IMG/VR virus record: IMGVR_UViG_3300031851_000011
Direction: 5' to 3' (one strand)
DNA: 20,000 nucleotides
Source of the DNA: an uncultured virus (IMG/VR IMGVR_UViG_3300031851_000011)
Lineage: Duplodnaviria; Heunggongvirae; Uroviricota; Caudoviricetes
Shown here: positions 1-8,223 of the stretch, piece after piece
How the letters are laid out: each line of letters begins with the position of its first letter
How positions within the stretch are numbered: the stretch's first letter is position 1
Notes under the pieces: model-generated
The model's database searches: none
The model's input: the letters and a program-made list of their open reading frames with translations, nothing else
Told to the model about the DNA's origin: nothing
Translations under genes and position numbers: made by a program

Positions 1-217
1 GCATACCTCTATCTCTATCGAACACAATGCTTGGTGACATTTGAGGTATTCTTCTAAAATTAATTGTTAAGTCGCCGCTAATGTCAAAATCGCCAGTTAA
101 GAATCGGCTCAACTCAACTTTGAAACCAGTAGTTAGGTCTGTAAACGCCAAATCACCACTATTACTAAAAAAAGTGGGCATTTGCAACTGTTGAGGTTGA
201 ATTTTATTGAAGTTCAT
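1..217 (-). CDS. Partial ORF running off the left edge; hypothetical, possibly virion structural protein
   Basis: Manual translation from ATG at 217: MNFNKIQPQQLQMPTFFSNSGDLAFTDLTTGFKVELSRFLTGDFDISGDLTINFRRIPQMSPSIVFDRDRGM, no stop before the edge; SG/TG-rich like the tail proteins; not in the ORF track. Confidence 0.7.
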   Translation of the reverse strand, partial: MNFNKIQPQQLQMPTFFSNSGDLAFTDLTTGFKVELSRFLTGDFDISGDLTINFRRIPQMSPSIVFDRDRGM

Positions 218-225
218 GATACAAT
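197..225 (+). promoter_or_regulatory. Sigma70-type promoter for ORF 254
   Basis: TTGAAT (197-202), 17-nt spacer, TACAAT (220-225), with extended -10 TG at 217-218. Confidence 0.6.
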
Positions 226-253
226 AGGTTACTTAACAAATTACACGTAAATC

Positions 254-823
254 ATGAAATATCGTATTTATAAACCAAACCCTAAAAACACTGGTTGCGC
301 CGCAACTGTTGATATTGCTAAAATCGGAGACGACTCTGTCAGCAACCTTTTTATCTCAATGATCCAGCAAAAAGGCTGGGATAATGCTAAGAAAACAGGG
401 TCTTTTAGTGGAGGTAAAGATATTAATTTCAAATTAAGTGTGGCGGAAGCTGGCGAAATGGTCTCTTCGATCAAATCACGCATTCCGTTTGTCGCTTTTC
501 ACAAATTCAAGGACGACTCAACAATCATCCGATTTGTTCCTTGGGAGCAGAATCGCAATGTCAAAGAAAAAAACGGAGACGTAAATTATAAAACTCCAGC
601 ATGGTCTTTGAGTGTTAAGCGGAACGGTAGTGATGTATTCAGGTTGCCAATTAGTTCTGGTGAATCTCAAGTCCTCAATGTCCTTCTAAAGAAATTTATT
701 GCCGACTCTCTAATTGATACTAGTGAACAAGATGTAAGGGAGAGGGCTAAAAAAGCATCAGCACCCGCTAAGAGAACAAATACAAATGCACCAGAAGAGG
801 ATAACAACGATCCTCCTTTCTAA
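254..823 (+). CDS. Whirly-like ssDNA-binding protein with acidic SSB-type C-terminal tail
   Basis: Motif order YRIYK..AATVD / LFISM / FKLSVAEAGEMVS / AFHK / IRFVPW / WSLSVK / LPISSGESQVL parallels plant Whirly (SIYKGKAALTVE / FSLSVTEIG / FFHD / LKVEP / FNLSVQ / IPVTKAEFAVL); ends EEDNNDPPF. Confidence 0.65.
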   Translation: MKYRIYKPNPKNTGCAATVDIAKIGDDSVSNLFISMIQQKGWDNAKKTGSFSGGKDINFKLSVAEAGEMVSSIKSRIPFVAFHKFKDDSTIIRFVPWEQNRNVKEKNGDVNYKTPAWSLSVKRNGSDVFRLPISSGESQVLNVLLKKFIADSLIDTSEQDVRERAKKASAPAKRTNTNAPEEDNNDPPF

Positions 824-2565
824 TGTCTAAAAAAATCAAAGTATTAGTTCATTCAAATTACTCTCGTCTTGTCACGGGGTTTGGGAAGAATATGAAAAAC
901 ATTCTTCTCGCTCTCCATGACAGCGATGAGTTTGAGGTTATTGAGGCGGCTAATGGGGTTGGGTTTGGTAATGACCTTATGACTCCTTGGAAGAGTTATG
1001 GAACTCACCCCACGGCAGATGTCTTACAAAAAATAAAAGGAGACCCAGCCAAAGAACGCGCCGCTTCTTATGGCTACTACATGATTGACAAAATTGTTGA
1101 AGAAGAAAATCCCGATATCTATCTTGGTATTGAAGATATATGGGCTTTCTCTCAATTTGAAAAAAAGAAATGGTGGAAAGATGTTAAAACCATTCTGTGG
1201 ACAACTTTAGATAGTTTACCTATACTTGATCAAGCATATCACATGCACGGCGTATGTGACAAGATGTTGGTGTGGGCTACGTTTGCTCAAAAAGCAATGG
1301 AGGAGAATGGCTACGAAGGTGTGGAAACTATTCACGGGGCTATAGATTACAAAGATTATTATCCCCTTCCTGCTATCGAGCGAAACGCACTAAGAGAAAA
1401 ACACAATCTAAGTGAAGACTACGTCATTGGTTTTGTATTCAAAAATCAACTTAGAAAATCTGTCCCAAACATCCTTGAAGGATTTAGGCTTTTTCAAGAA
1501 AGTCACCCCGAATTAAAAACGAAACTTTTACTACACACCGATTGGGCAGAAAAAGATGCTGGTTGGGATATTGAAAAATACATCGTCGAAAAAAAGATCA
1601 ACCCTAAAGATGTCTTAGCTACCTACCTGTGCCACAAATGCGGTCAGTTTTTTCTAGCTCCGTATTCTGGTGAAGATAAAAATTGCGGTGTTTGCGGTTC
1701 AACGAAAAGCGTCAAAACAAAAAACAGTGGCAAGGGAGTAAATGAGAACCAACTCAACCAAATCTACAACATTATGGATGTTTATTGCCATCCATTTACC
1801 AGCGGCGGTCAAGAGCTTCCCATTCAAGAAGCTAAATCGGCTGGCTTAATCACTCTTGCCACATCTTATTCTTGTGGTCTTGATTCATGTTCTCAAGAAG
1901 ATGGCGGAATGCCATTAGATTGGGATGAATATCGTGAACCTCATACGAACTTCATTAAAGCGACAACAAGACCTTCTAGTATATCTTCCAATTTACATAA
2001 AGTTTTCAGAATGGATGATGAAATGAAAAAACACTTTTTGAAAAACGGCAGAAAATGTCTGGATGACCGCTTTTCCGTTGATGTTACAGTAGAGAAGTTA
2101 AAGACAACATTCAGGGAGGTTTACAAAGCTGAAAAAATTAAAGTCGAACAAGAGCAAGATAATAGCCTTGCCCCACCAGAATTGTCCGACATGTTAGATG
2201 GAGAAATTGATGACCGCATTTTGTTTGTTATGCCAGAATCTGCTGGCGATGTATTCATAGCAACATCACTATTACCTTCTCTGAAAAAAACATATCCCAA
2301 CAAAGACATTTACTTCGCTACCCAAGAACAGTTCCAACCGATACTCAAAGGCAATCCATACATATACAAAGTTTTAAATTTCCATACTGCCATGGAAAAC
2401 TTACCGATGATGGAAGGCGCGAGTAACCACAAAGGATACTTCCACTTATGTTTCTTGCCTCACATCGGAACTCAACGGATGTTGGATTATCTGCACCAAG
2501 GAGATGCCGATAAAATAATGTTCGATATTCACTCTGAAAATTATAATAAGCAATGCACCTCTTAG
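823..2565 (+). CDS. GT-B (GT4-like) glycosyltransferase with Zn-ribbon insertion, fused to the N-terminal domain of a GT9-like glycosyltransferase
   Basis: KVLVHSN..TGFGK N-terminus, VIGFVFKNQLRKSVP, LNQIYNIMDVYCHP..GGQELPIQEAKSAG; CHKC/CGVC; C-terminal RILFVMPESAGDVFIATSLLPSLKKTYPNKDIYF..ILKGNPYI resembles WaaC/WaaF N-domain. Confidence 0.85.
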   Translation: MSKKIKVLVHSNYSRLVTGFGKNMKNILLALHDSDEFEVIEAANGVGFGNDLMTPWKSYGTHPTADVLQKIKGDPAKERAASYGYYMIDKIVEEENPDIYLGIEDIWAFSQFEKKKWWKDVKTILWTTLDSLPILDQAYHMHGVCDKMLVWATFAQKAMEENGYEGVETIHGAIDYKDYYPLPAIERNALREKHNLSEDYVIGFVFKNQLRKSVPNILEGFRLFQESHPELKTKLLLHTDWAEKDAGWDIEKYIVEKKINPKDVLATYLCHKCGQFFLAPYSGEDKNCGVCGSTKSVKTKNSGKGVNENQLNQIYNIMDVYCHPFTSGGQELPIQEAKSAGLITLATSYSCGLDSCSQEDGGMPLDWDEYREPHTNFIKATTRPSSISSNLHKVFRMDDEMKKHFLKNGRKCLDDRFSVDVTVEKLKTTFREVYKAEKIKVEQEQDNSLAPPELSDMLDGEIDDRILFVMPESAGDVFIATSLLPSLKKTYPNKDIYFATQEQFQPILKGNPYIYKVLNFHTAMENLPMMEGASNHKGYFHLCFLPHIGTQRMLDYLHQGDADKIMFDIHSENYNKQCTS

Positions 2566-3683
2566 AACGATATAGTTTATCTACGGGTTTAAAAATTGAA
2601 AACCCTGAAATTAACGCACAATTCTACCCCGTGGTATCAGATAAGTATGTCGTGTTTCATACTTCTGCAAAGGATAATTTGCGCGACTATGATTATTGGA
2701 ACGAGGTGAAATTGATGCTTCAACCGCTGTTTAAAAAACACGGAATAACAACAGTTCAAATAGGGCTAGAAAAAGATCCAACAATTAATTGTGATATTGA
2801 TTTACGTGGTCAAACAACCATAAACCAAATGGCTTATGTTATCAGGCGCTGTGATTACTTTATAGGTGTTGATTCTTTTCCCGCCCATCTTGCTGGTCAC
2901 TACAACAAAAAGATGTTATCTGTTTATGCAAACTCTTACGTTGCTTGTGTGCGACCATATTGGGGTAACCCCGAAAATCAAAAGCTAATTGAAACTCACC
3001 GCCCGAATGGTGAGAAGCCATCTTTCTCATTTGAAGAAAACCCAAAGACAATCAACCGACTTAAGCCAGACGAGATATCCAAAGAATTTTGCGACCTTGT
3101 TGATCCTGAATTTAAAGCACAAATCCCTTCGGTTTCTTACATAGGACCTAAATACACTATAGAGCAATTCGAGATCGTTCCAGATTTTCCATATCAAATC
3201 AAACACCCTAATTTATTTATACGCATGGACATGCTTCACAATGAAGACAACCTCGCTCAATCGCTAGAGGCTAGCCCTGCATCGATAATTACAAATAAAC
3301 CCATTGATAAAGAATTACTTAATAGTTCGAGAATTAAATTAATTAACTACGTTGCAGATGAATTTGACGAGAATTTTGTTAATAATATTCGCGAGAGAGG
3401 TATCGATATGCACCTCATTTGCACAAATAAAATTAATTTAAAACAACAGCGAGTTAAGTTCTTTGATTACAAAGTGATACCTTATGATGAAGAATCTAAA
3501 TTAAGCGAGTCAAAAGAAAAGATAAGCGAAGAGGTTATCAAAAATAGTCGTATTGCCAGTAGAAAAAAAGTATTTAAAAACAATCAACAATACAATAGCC
3601 ACTATGAATCGAACTCTTTTGAAAATATTGATGATATTTTTCTTGACTTAGATTGGATTATGTTATATAATATTTGCAAATGA
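2553..3683 (+). CDS. GT9 (heptosyltransferase-like) C-terminal domain plus unknown C-terminal extension
   Basis: HLLERY..YVVFH..DLRGQTTINQMAYVIRRCDYFIGVDSFPAHLA..VY..RPY matches the GT9 nucleotide-sugar-binding half (DS.P.HLA motif). Confidence 0.8.
   Translation: MHLLERYSLSTGLKIENPEINAQFYPVVSDKYVVFHTSAKDNLRDYDYWNEVKLMLQPLFKKHGITTVQIGLEKDPTINCDIDLRGQTTINQMAYVIRRCDYFIGVDSFPAHLAGHYNKKMLSVYANSYVACVRPYWGNPENQKLIETHRPNGEKPSFSFEENPKTINRLKPDEISKEFCDLVDPEFKAQIPSVSYIGPKYTIEQFEIVPDFPYQIKHPNLFIRMDMLHNEDNLAQSLEASPASIITNKPIDKELLNSSRIKLINYVADEFDENFVNNIRERGIDMHLICTNKINLKQQRVKFFDYKVIPYDEESKLSESKEKISEEVIKNSRIASRKKVFKNNQQYNSHYESNSFENIDDIFLDLDWIMLYNICK
3643..3671 (+). promoter_or_regulatory. Sigma70 promoter embedded in the 3' end of the GT9 gene
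   Basis: TTGACT (3643-3648), 17 nt, TATAAT (3666-3671); ATG at 3680. Confidence 0.8.
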
Positions 3684-4021
3684 AAAACGAACTAAAACTA
3701 GACGGTAAAATCAAACTAATTGGAGAAACTGTTACATTTGACAGCGGCTTCTCTAAGCGCGAATTTGTCATCACTACAAATGACGACAAGTATCCTCAAG
3801 ATGTTAAATTTGAACTTATTAAAGACAATTGCGGCAAGCTTGATGATTTGAATGACGGTCAGTCAGTTGAGGTATTCTTCAATGTGCGAGGCAATGAGTA
3901 TAATGGCAATCATTATGTCAGTCTGTCAGCTTGGAGGATTGATAGCCTAAAAGCATCAAGCAACGCTGGATCTCAGCCAGAGTCATCAAATGATGATGTA
4001 GACGACGACATTCCATTCTAA
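3680..4021 (+). CDS. DUF3127-like OB-fold ssDNA-binding protein (SSB-like)
   Basis: GKIKLIGE..SGFSKREFVITT..KYPQDVKFEL..VEVFFNVRGNEYNG.HYVSLSAWRI; tail DDVDDDIPF ends like the bacterial SSB C-terminus. ATG 3680 (ATGA overlap with upstream stop) preferred over the track's TTG at 3674. Confidence 0.85.
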   Translation: MKNELKLDGKIKLIGETVTFDSGFSKREFVITTNDDKYPQDVKFELIKDNCGKLDDLNDGQSVEVFFNVRGNEYNGNHYVSLSAWRIDSLKASSNAGSQPESSNDDVDDDIPF

Positions 4022-4060
4022 AAATAATTTTCGGGTAGGAATCCGAGTCGCGACTCAAAA

Positions 4061-4088
4061 GGGGGTGCTATAAGCATCCCCTTTTTTT
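4061..4088 (+). terminator. Rho-independent terminator after the SSB-like gene
   Basis: GGGGGTGCT-ATA-AGCATCCCC hairpin followed by T7; preceded by AAAA, so possibly bidirectional. Confidence 0.85.
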
Positions 4089-4107
4089 ATTTCTGTTAAA
4101 TTAATTC

Positions 4108-4136
4108 TTGACTGTTTAATCAATTTATTATATCAT
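4108..4136 (+). promoter_or_regulatory. Sigma70 promoter, likely leaderless transcript for ORF 4143
   Basis: TTGACT (4108-4113), 17 nt, TATCAT (4131-4136); ATG 6 nt later; no Shine-Dalgarno. Confidence 0.8.
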
Positions 4137-4142
4137 AGCAAC

Positions 4143-4949
4143 ATGCCAGCAAAAAAGAAAGCTCCAAAAAGTAAATCAGAAGCAAAACAAAAAAACCCAT
4201 ATTCCCGCGACCAACTAGGTTTGCTGGAAAATATAGAATACAAGCATAATGTAGATGGTTCTATTGATTGGAGATCAATGATCCCCAATGAGTTTCTTTA
4301 CGTTCGCTCTGAGTGGTTTACTAGAAAGGGTTTGGATGTTCCTAAATCGCCCGAAGGCTTGCAGGATAATCAACTTGCCATTATGCTTGGAGGCATTAAA
4401 TACCTAGCAAAAATACGCGGGTTTTCTAAGGTTTTGTTTGACGTATCTCATGTTCGCAAAGACTACATTTCATGTAAATGCACCATTCACTGGAATCATA
4501 ACTTTGAAAGCATCGGCTCATCTGAATTTCCTCAAAAAGAAGATGTTGTTTATCAAGAATATGCTAATGCTACATCTGAAAATACAAATAGCTTTTGTTT
4601 AAAGTTCTTGGAAACCATTGCTTGTAACCGCGCCTTTGTTCGTTGTGTGCGTAATTTCTTAAATATTCATATTGTTGGAGTTGACGAACTTGACAATTCC
4701 AGCGGTGTTCCTCAATTCGAGACGCTAGATAATGAAGATCCAAATGCATCACTATCGCCTCAGTCACAGCTTGACCAAACGGTTGCAGATAAATTTGCAG
4801 TAGACTTCGACGAATTCAAATCTACAAAACTTCGAGAGTTTTGGGAGAATAATTCTTATCGAAATAATAATACGGCAGATTGGAAATCATTCTCTGATAT
4901 ACCAGCAAAAGACGCCAGACAAATTCTCAACCTGATAAAAAAGTCTTAA
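4143..4949 (+). CDS. Probable single-strand annealing protein (Rad52/RecT/Erf superfamily-like)
   Basis: IMLGGIKYLAKIRGF, then beta-strands, then ETIACNRAFVRCVRNFLNI..VGVDEL resembles the SSAP core helix (A..RA..RA.R..L.I....DE); acidic linker and small helical C-domain; adjacent to SSB. Confidence 0.55.
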   Translation: MPAKKKAPKSKSEAKQKNPYSRDQLGLLENIEYKHNVDGSIDWRSMIPNEFLYVRSEWFTRKGLDVPKSPEGLQDNQLAIMLGGIKYLAKIRGFSKVLFDVSHVRKDYISCKCTIHWNHNFESIGSSEFPQKEDVVYQEYANATSENTNSFCLKFLETIACNRAFVRCVRNFLNIHIVGVDELDNSSGVPQFETLDNEDPNASLSPQSQLDQTVADKFAVDFDEFKSTKLREFWENNSYRNNNTADWKSFSDIPAKDARQILNLIKKS

Positions 4950-7456
4950 ACTCCAAACAGGTTTCTTTGACCCGCTGTTGTTCGGGGTGATGTTGACTTC
5001 AGATTAGTAGCTTTTTTATAGAAGTCGCTAACAATTACCTGATCGTCAATCGGTATCAAGTCCCTTGTTGATCTTGATATTGTCGTTGTCACGCCACCCC
5101 CCCCAGCCAAGCTTATAGACAGTGAGTTTATTGTTATATCATCAAATTCTGGTATTTCTAGCCCGTAAATAGTCTCAGAAGAGCTTTTTTGAGGGCTTGA
5201 TGGTGTAGAATTGTTAATATTGTTTGCAAAAGCTTTGATTTCTCCAAGCATTCCGTTTTTAGTGTTTAAATCGGCTGTGTCTAATGGATCTCCTGTACTT
5301 CCATTAATAATGGAATAGCTCTTATACTCAAAATCAGCAGAAGCATCTTCTCCAGTATCTGTGTTTTTTGCGTCGTAGTTATCTGAAGGATCGGCATCAG
5401 GATCGGCATCACCTTTCGCTTCTGCATCAATTTCCATTTTGCTTTTATTTCTATAAGTAATCCTAATTACATCATCTGGAACATCTATCGGATTGCCATT
5501 AGCATCGTTTTCTCGCACCCCTAAAGCACTTGTAACAGGAGCTACTTTTTCATAAAGTTTTTTTGACAACTCTATTGATTGTCTTATATTTTCATCGGCA
5601 ATTCTTTGGTAGCCAATATAAATATCGCTTAGTTTTGCAGGTTCAAAAAACATTTCTATATTAGTTTCGTTCAACCATTTTTTGAATTTAAGAGTATCGG
5701 CTTGTTCCACGAATTTTATGTTAACAACTGGTCTTTGCTTTAAACCAATGAAAATATATTCTTTGGTAAACCCAGGTCTGTTTACGTCACCAACACCTGC
5801 ATCATCTTTTTCCTTAAGGTTATTTTTTTTCAATAACTCATCTATGGTTACGTCCTTTTCACCAAAGAATTCTAATAATGGTCTCATGAATGACAAATCT
5901 TCTACGTCCATTATTTTGTCTCCCACCTTAAATGGACCTAGTATTTGCAAATTAGTACCATCAAAATTCTTCTTTAGGGCTTGTTGTTCTGTATAAGTTG
6001 CAGATACAAACAATGATCTATGCATCGACTCAAAGAAAGATTCAATAACTTGTATTAAACCTAGGTCTTGTGGTTTGTTTAAAGTGGCTTGAGCCACAAC
6101 TTGATTACCGTCTTCGTCTTCAACTATACTTTGAGATTGTGATTTTGCATCATACCATTTCGCTTCTTCTCTTTTAAAACCAGTATCTCTATTCACTTTA
6201 TCCGCTTTATCGGCTCCTTTTATATCTTTCCATATAACTTCTTTTTCTCTATGTGCCTTTATTTTTTTTATTTTTTCTTCATTTTCTTCACCATCTTCAC
6301 CATCTTCACCAATTTTTAATAAATCAGGTAGAAATTCTCTAAAATTTTGGCTCTTAAACATTAACCAAAAAAAGACAGCATCAAATGAAAACCCGTTCAA
6401 ACTTTTAGTAGCCCATAGAGCATAAAAAACTTTAAAAAATTCTTCATGGTCTTCCGACATCAATCCCGTTAATGCTATTCTATAGAAATTAGTAGCTCTA
6501 TCTTTCCGACCCGCATTATCATTTTGAATTATCTTTCGATCACCCCCTTCATAATCTCCAATTAAAGAATTAACTATAACCTTGTTTATTTTTGATTCTG
6601 TAAAAGAAACATTTTGTATCTTTTCAGTTTCGGGGTTATCCACTTTATTGGGAACTTGTATCTTAGAAGCCTCTAGAGAATCTATGAAGTTAATACTTCC
6701 ATCTTCAGCGTTTATATACCAATAGTATCCCAAGCTAGATGCAATAGAAGAAACAACGGCAGAAGCCCTACCTGAAGTATTGAAAATCGTTGAATCGTTG
6801 TCTGGGAGACCATTGATTGTCAAGTTCATAAGTTTCATCGCCTCTTTAAATTCTGAAAGTTTGAAACCATATAATAAAGAATAATTTGATATATTTTCAC
6901 TTTCGTCATCTTGTTTTGCTACATCTGTATTGAAACTCAAACCTTCCTCCTCCTCCTTATTATGATAACCCAATGAATAAGGCTCATTGTCGTGTTTTCC
7001 AGCATACACAGAATAAGTTTTGCCAATAACAATTAATCCGCCATCCTTCTCTGGATTTAGTGCTGGTGCTGGCTCGATACTACTTAAAGGATGTTCACTA
7101 TGTTTGTATATCTTTCCCTCAAAAACTAATTCGCTTTCTGGTGAAGCTGATACACCTCTAACCGCAAATACATGAGAATCTAATATTAATGAAGTTTTGT
7201 CTCTAAATTTGACTGATTTTTTTAAAACGTTATTTGAATCTTGAGAGTTAGTCTCTTCAACGGCAATAAAAAGGCTCATTATTTGTTGTACGTCACTATT
7301 AGAGAAATCAAATCTTTCGCCCAAAGCCCCGCTCATAGCCCCAAGGCTTGCGGTTCCTTTAGGTGTAACAGTATCCTTTATAGAGTTTACCGTTGCCGTG
7401 TGACCCCCTCCATTGTTTCCTAAGTTTAACTCCAGTCCATTTATTACCTCGCTCAT
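4946..7456 (-). CDS. Baseplate hub / Tal-like tail protein
   Basis: VVSSIASSLGYYWYINAEDGSINFID and C-terminal INSLSISLAGGGGVTTTIS resemble gp27/gpD/gp44-type hub motifs; within the tail operon. Confidence 0.55.
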   Translation of the reverse strand: MSEVINGLELNLGNNGGGHTATVNSIKDTVTPKGTASLGAMSGALGERFDFSNSDVQQIMSLFIAVEETNSQDSNNVLKKSVKFRDKTSLILDSHVFAVRGVSASPESELVFEGKIYKHSEHPLSSIEPAPALNPEKDGGLIVIGKTYSVYAGKHDNEPYSLGYHNKEEEEGLSFNTDVAKQDDESENISNYSLLYGFKLSEFKEAMKLMNLTINGLPDNDSTIFNTSGRASAVVSSIASSLGYYWYINAEDGSINFIDSLEASKIQVPNKVDNPETEKIQNVSFTESKINKVIVNSLIGDYEGGDRKIIQNDNAGRKDRATNFYRIALTGLMSEDHEEFFKVFYALWATKSLNGFSFDAVFFWLMFKSQNFREFLPDLLKIGEDGEDGEENEEKIKKIKAHREKEVIWKDIKGADKADKVNRDTGFKREEAKWYDAKSQSQSIVEDEDGNQVVAQATLNKPQDLGLIQVIESFFESMHRSLFVSATYTEQQALKKNFDGTNLQILGPFKVGDKIMDVEDLSFMRPLLEFFGEKDVTIDELLKKNNLKEKDDAGVGDVNRPGFTKEYIFIGLKQRPVVNIKFVEQADTLKFKKWLNETNIEMFFEPAKLSDIYIGYQRIADENIRQSIELSKKLYEKVAPVTSALGVRENDANGNPIDVPDDVIRITYRNKSKMEIDAEAKGDADPDADPSDNYDAKNTDTGEDASADFEYKSYSIINGSTGDPLDTADLNTKNGMLGEIKAFANNINNSTPSSPQKSSSETIYGLEIPEFDDITINSLSISLAGGGGVTTTISRSTRDLIPIDDQVIVSDFYKKATNLKSTSPRTTAGQRNLFGV
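5388..5411. repeat. 2 x 12-bp tandem repeat GGATCGGCATCA (encodes DADPDADP)
   Basis: Direct reading. Confidence 0.9.
6285..6311. repeat. 3 x 9-bp tandem repeat TCTTCACCA (encodes GEDGEDGE)
   Basis: Direct reading. Confidence 0.9.
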
Positions 7457-8223
7457 AAATTGTAAGAAGTTGTTTCTTTTTTATAAATTTCTGCTGTTGC
7501 GCTCTTGCCAACTTCAACTAAACTTACACCAGTATAAGTGAAAATGAAGCTAGACATTGGCTGTTCTGTACCATTTATGTAAGCGTCTACTTGGTTTGGG
7601 ATGAATTTCTGACCAAATGAATCAGCCGCCCCGCTGTTATATTCAAAAATATTTTCGGGTTTTTTTAAAGCAAAGAATTTTCCAGTTACTTGTGGGTCTA
7701 ACCCAGTAAATTCATCATAAGATGGGAATTTTTGACCATTGCAAAAAACATCCCATCCAGAAAACAAATCACCACTATATGTTGAACCACCAGCCAACAA
7801 ACCCTGAGTAATTAAATCTTCCGTTAAATCATTAAGCGCCCCCGTTGGGTTACCCCCTGTATGCATTGTCAATACACCAGTATCGACCTCAGTTTTATCA
7901 TATAAAACAACTCCAGAACGATTAACAGGTAATGTTTCATCTAGGAATATTTTTCCTTTACTAGCTTGCTTGCTGAAATCCAAATAGTAATCACCAGATG
8001 GTGCTTCTATATATACTTGACTTGTCCCAGTGTAATAAAATGGTTGCGCCTGAAAAAGAGTTTGCGAATTTAAAGAAACCCTTGACATGTTAATTCCAGA
8101 TATAACAGAGTAATCAATATTATAATATTGAGATTTAGAAGCTGTATTATTACGCTCCTCTAACTTGTATCTACTACCAGACAAGCTAGCAGAGCCTGTT
8201 GACATTATGTAATTATAGTTCAT
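7453..8223 (-). CDS. Putative virion/tail structural protein
   Basis: Beta-rich, repeated LNSQ/FCNGQ/YINGT turns, S/T/G-rich; ATGA overlaps with both neighbours. Confidence 0.6.
   Translation of the reverse strand: MNYNYIMSTGSASLSGSRYKLEERNNTASKSQYYNIDYSVISGINMSRVSLNSQTLFQAQPFYYTGTSQVYIEAPSGDYYLDFSKQASKGKIFLDETLPVNRSGVVLYDKTEVDTGVLTMHTGGNPTGALNDLTEDLITQGLLAGGSTYSGDLFSGWDVFCNGQKFPSYDEFTGLDPQVTGKFFALKKPENIFEYNSGAADSFGQKFIPNQVDAYINGTEQPMSSFIFTYTGVSLVEVGKSATAEIYKKETTSYNL

Noticed and set aside
2540..2565. Programmed frameshift joining the GT9 halves
   Set aside because: TAA at 2547-2549 leaves only a ~15-nt window, which has no slippery heptamer
5097..5104. C8 run (G8 on the coding strand) as a phase-variation tract
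   Set aside because: Short, explained by Gly codons in AGGGG, and the frame is intact
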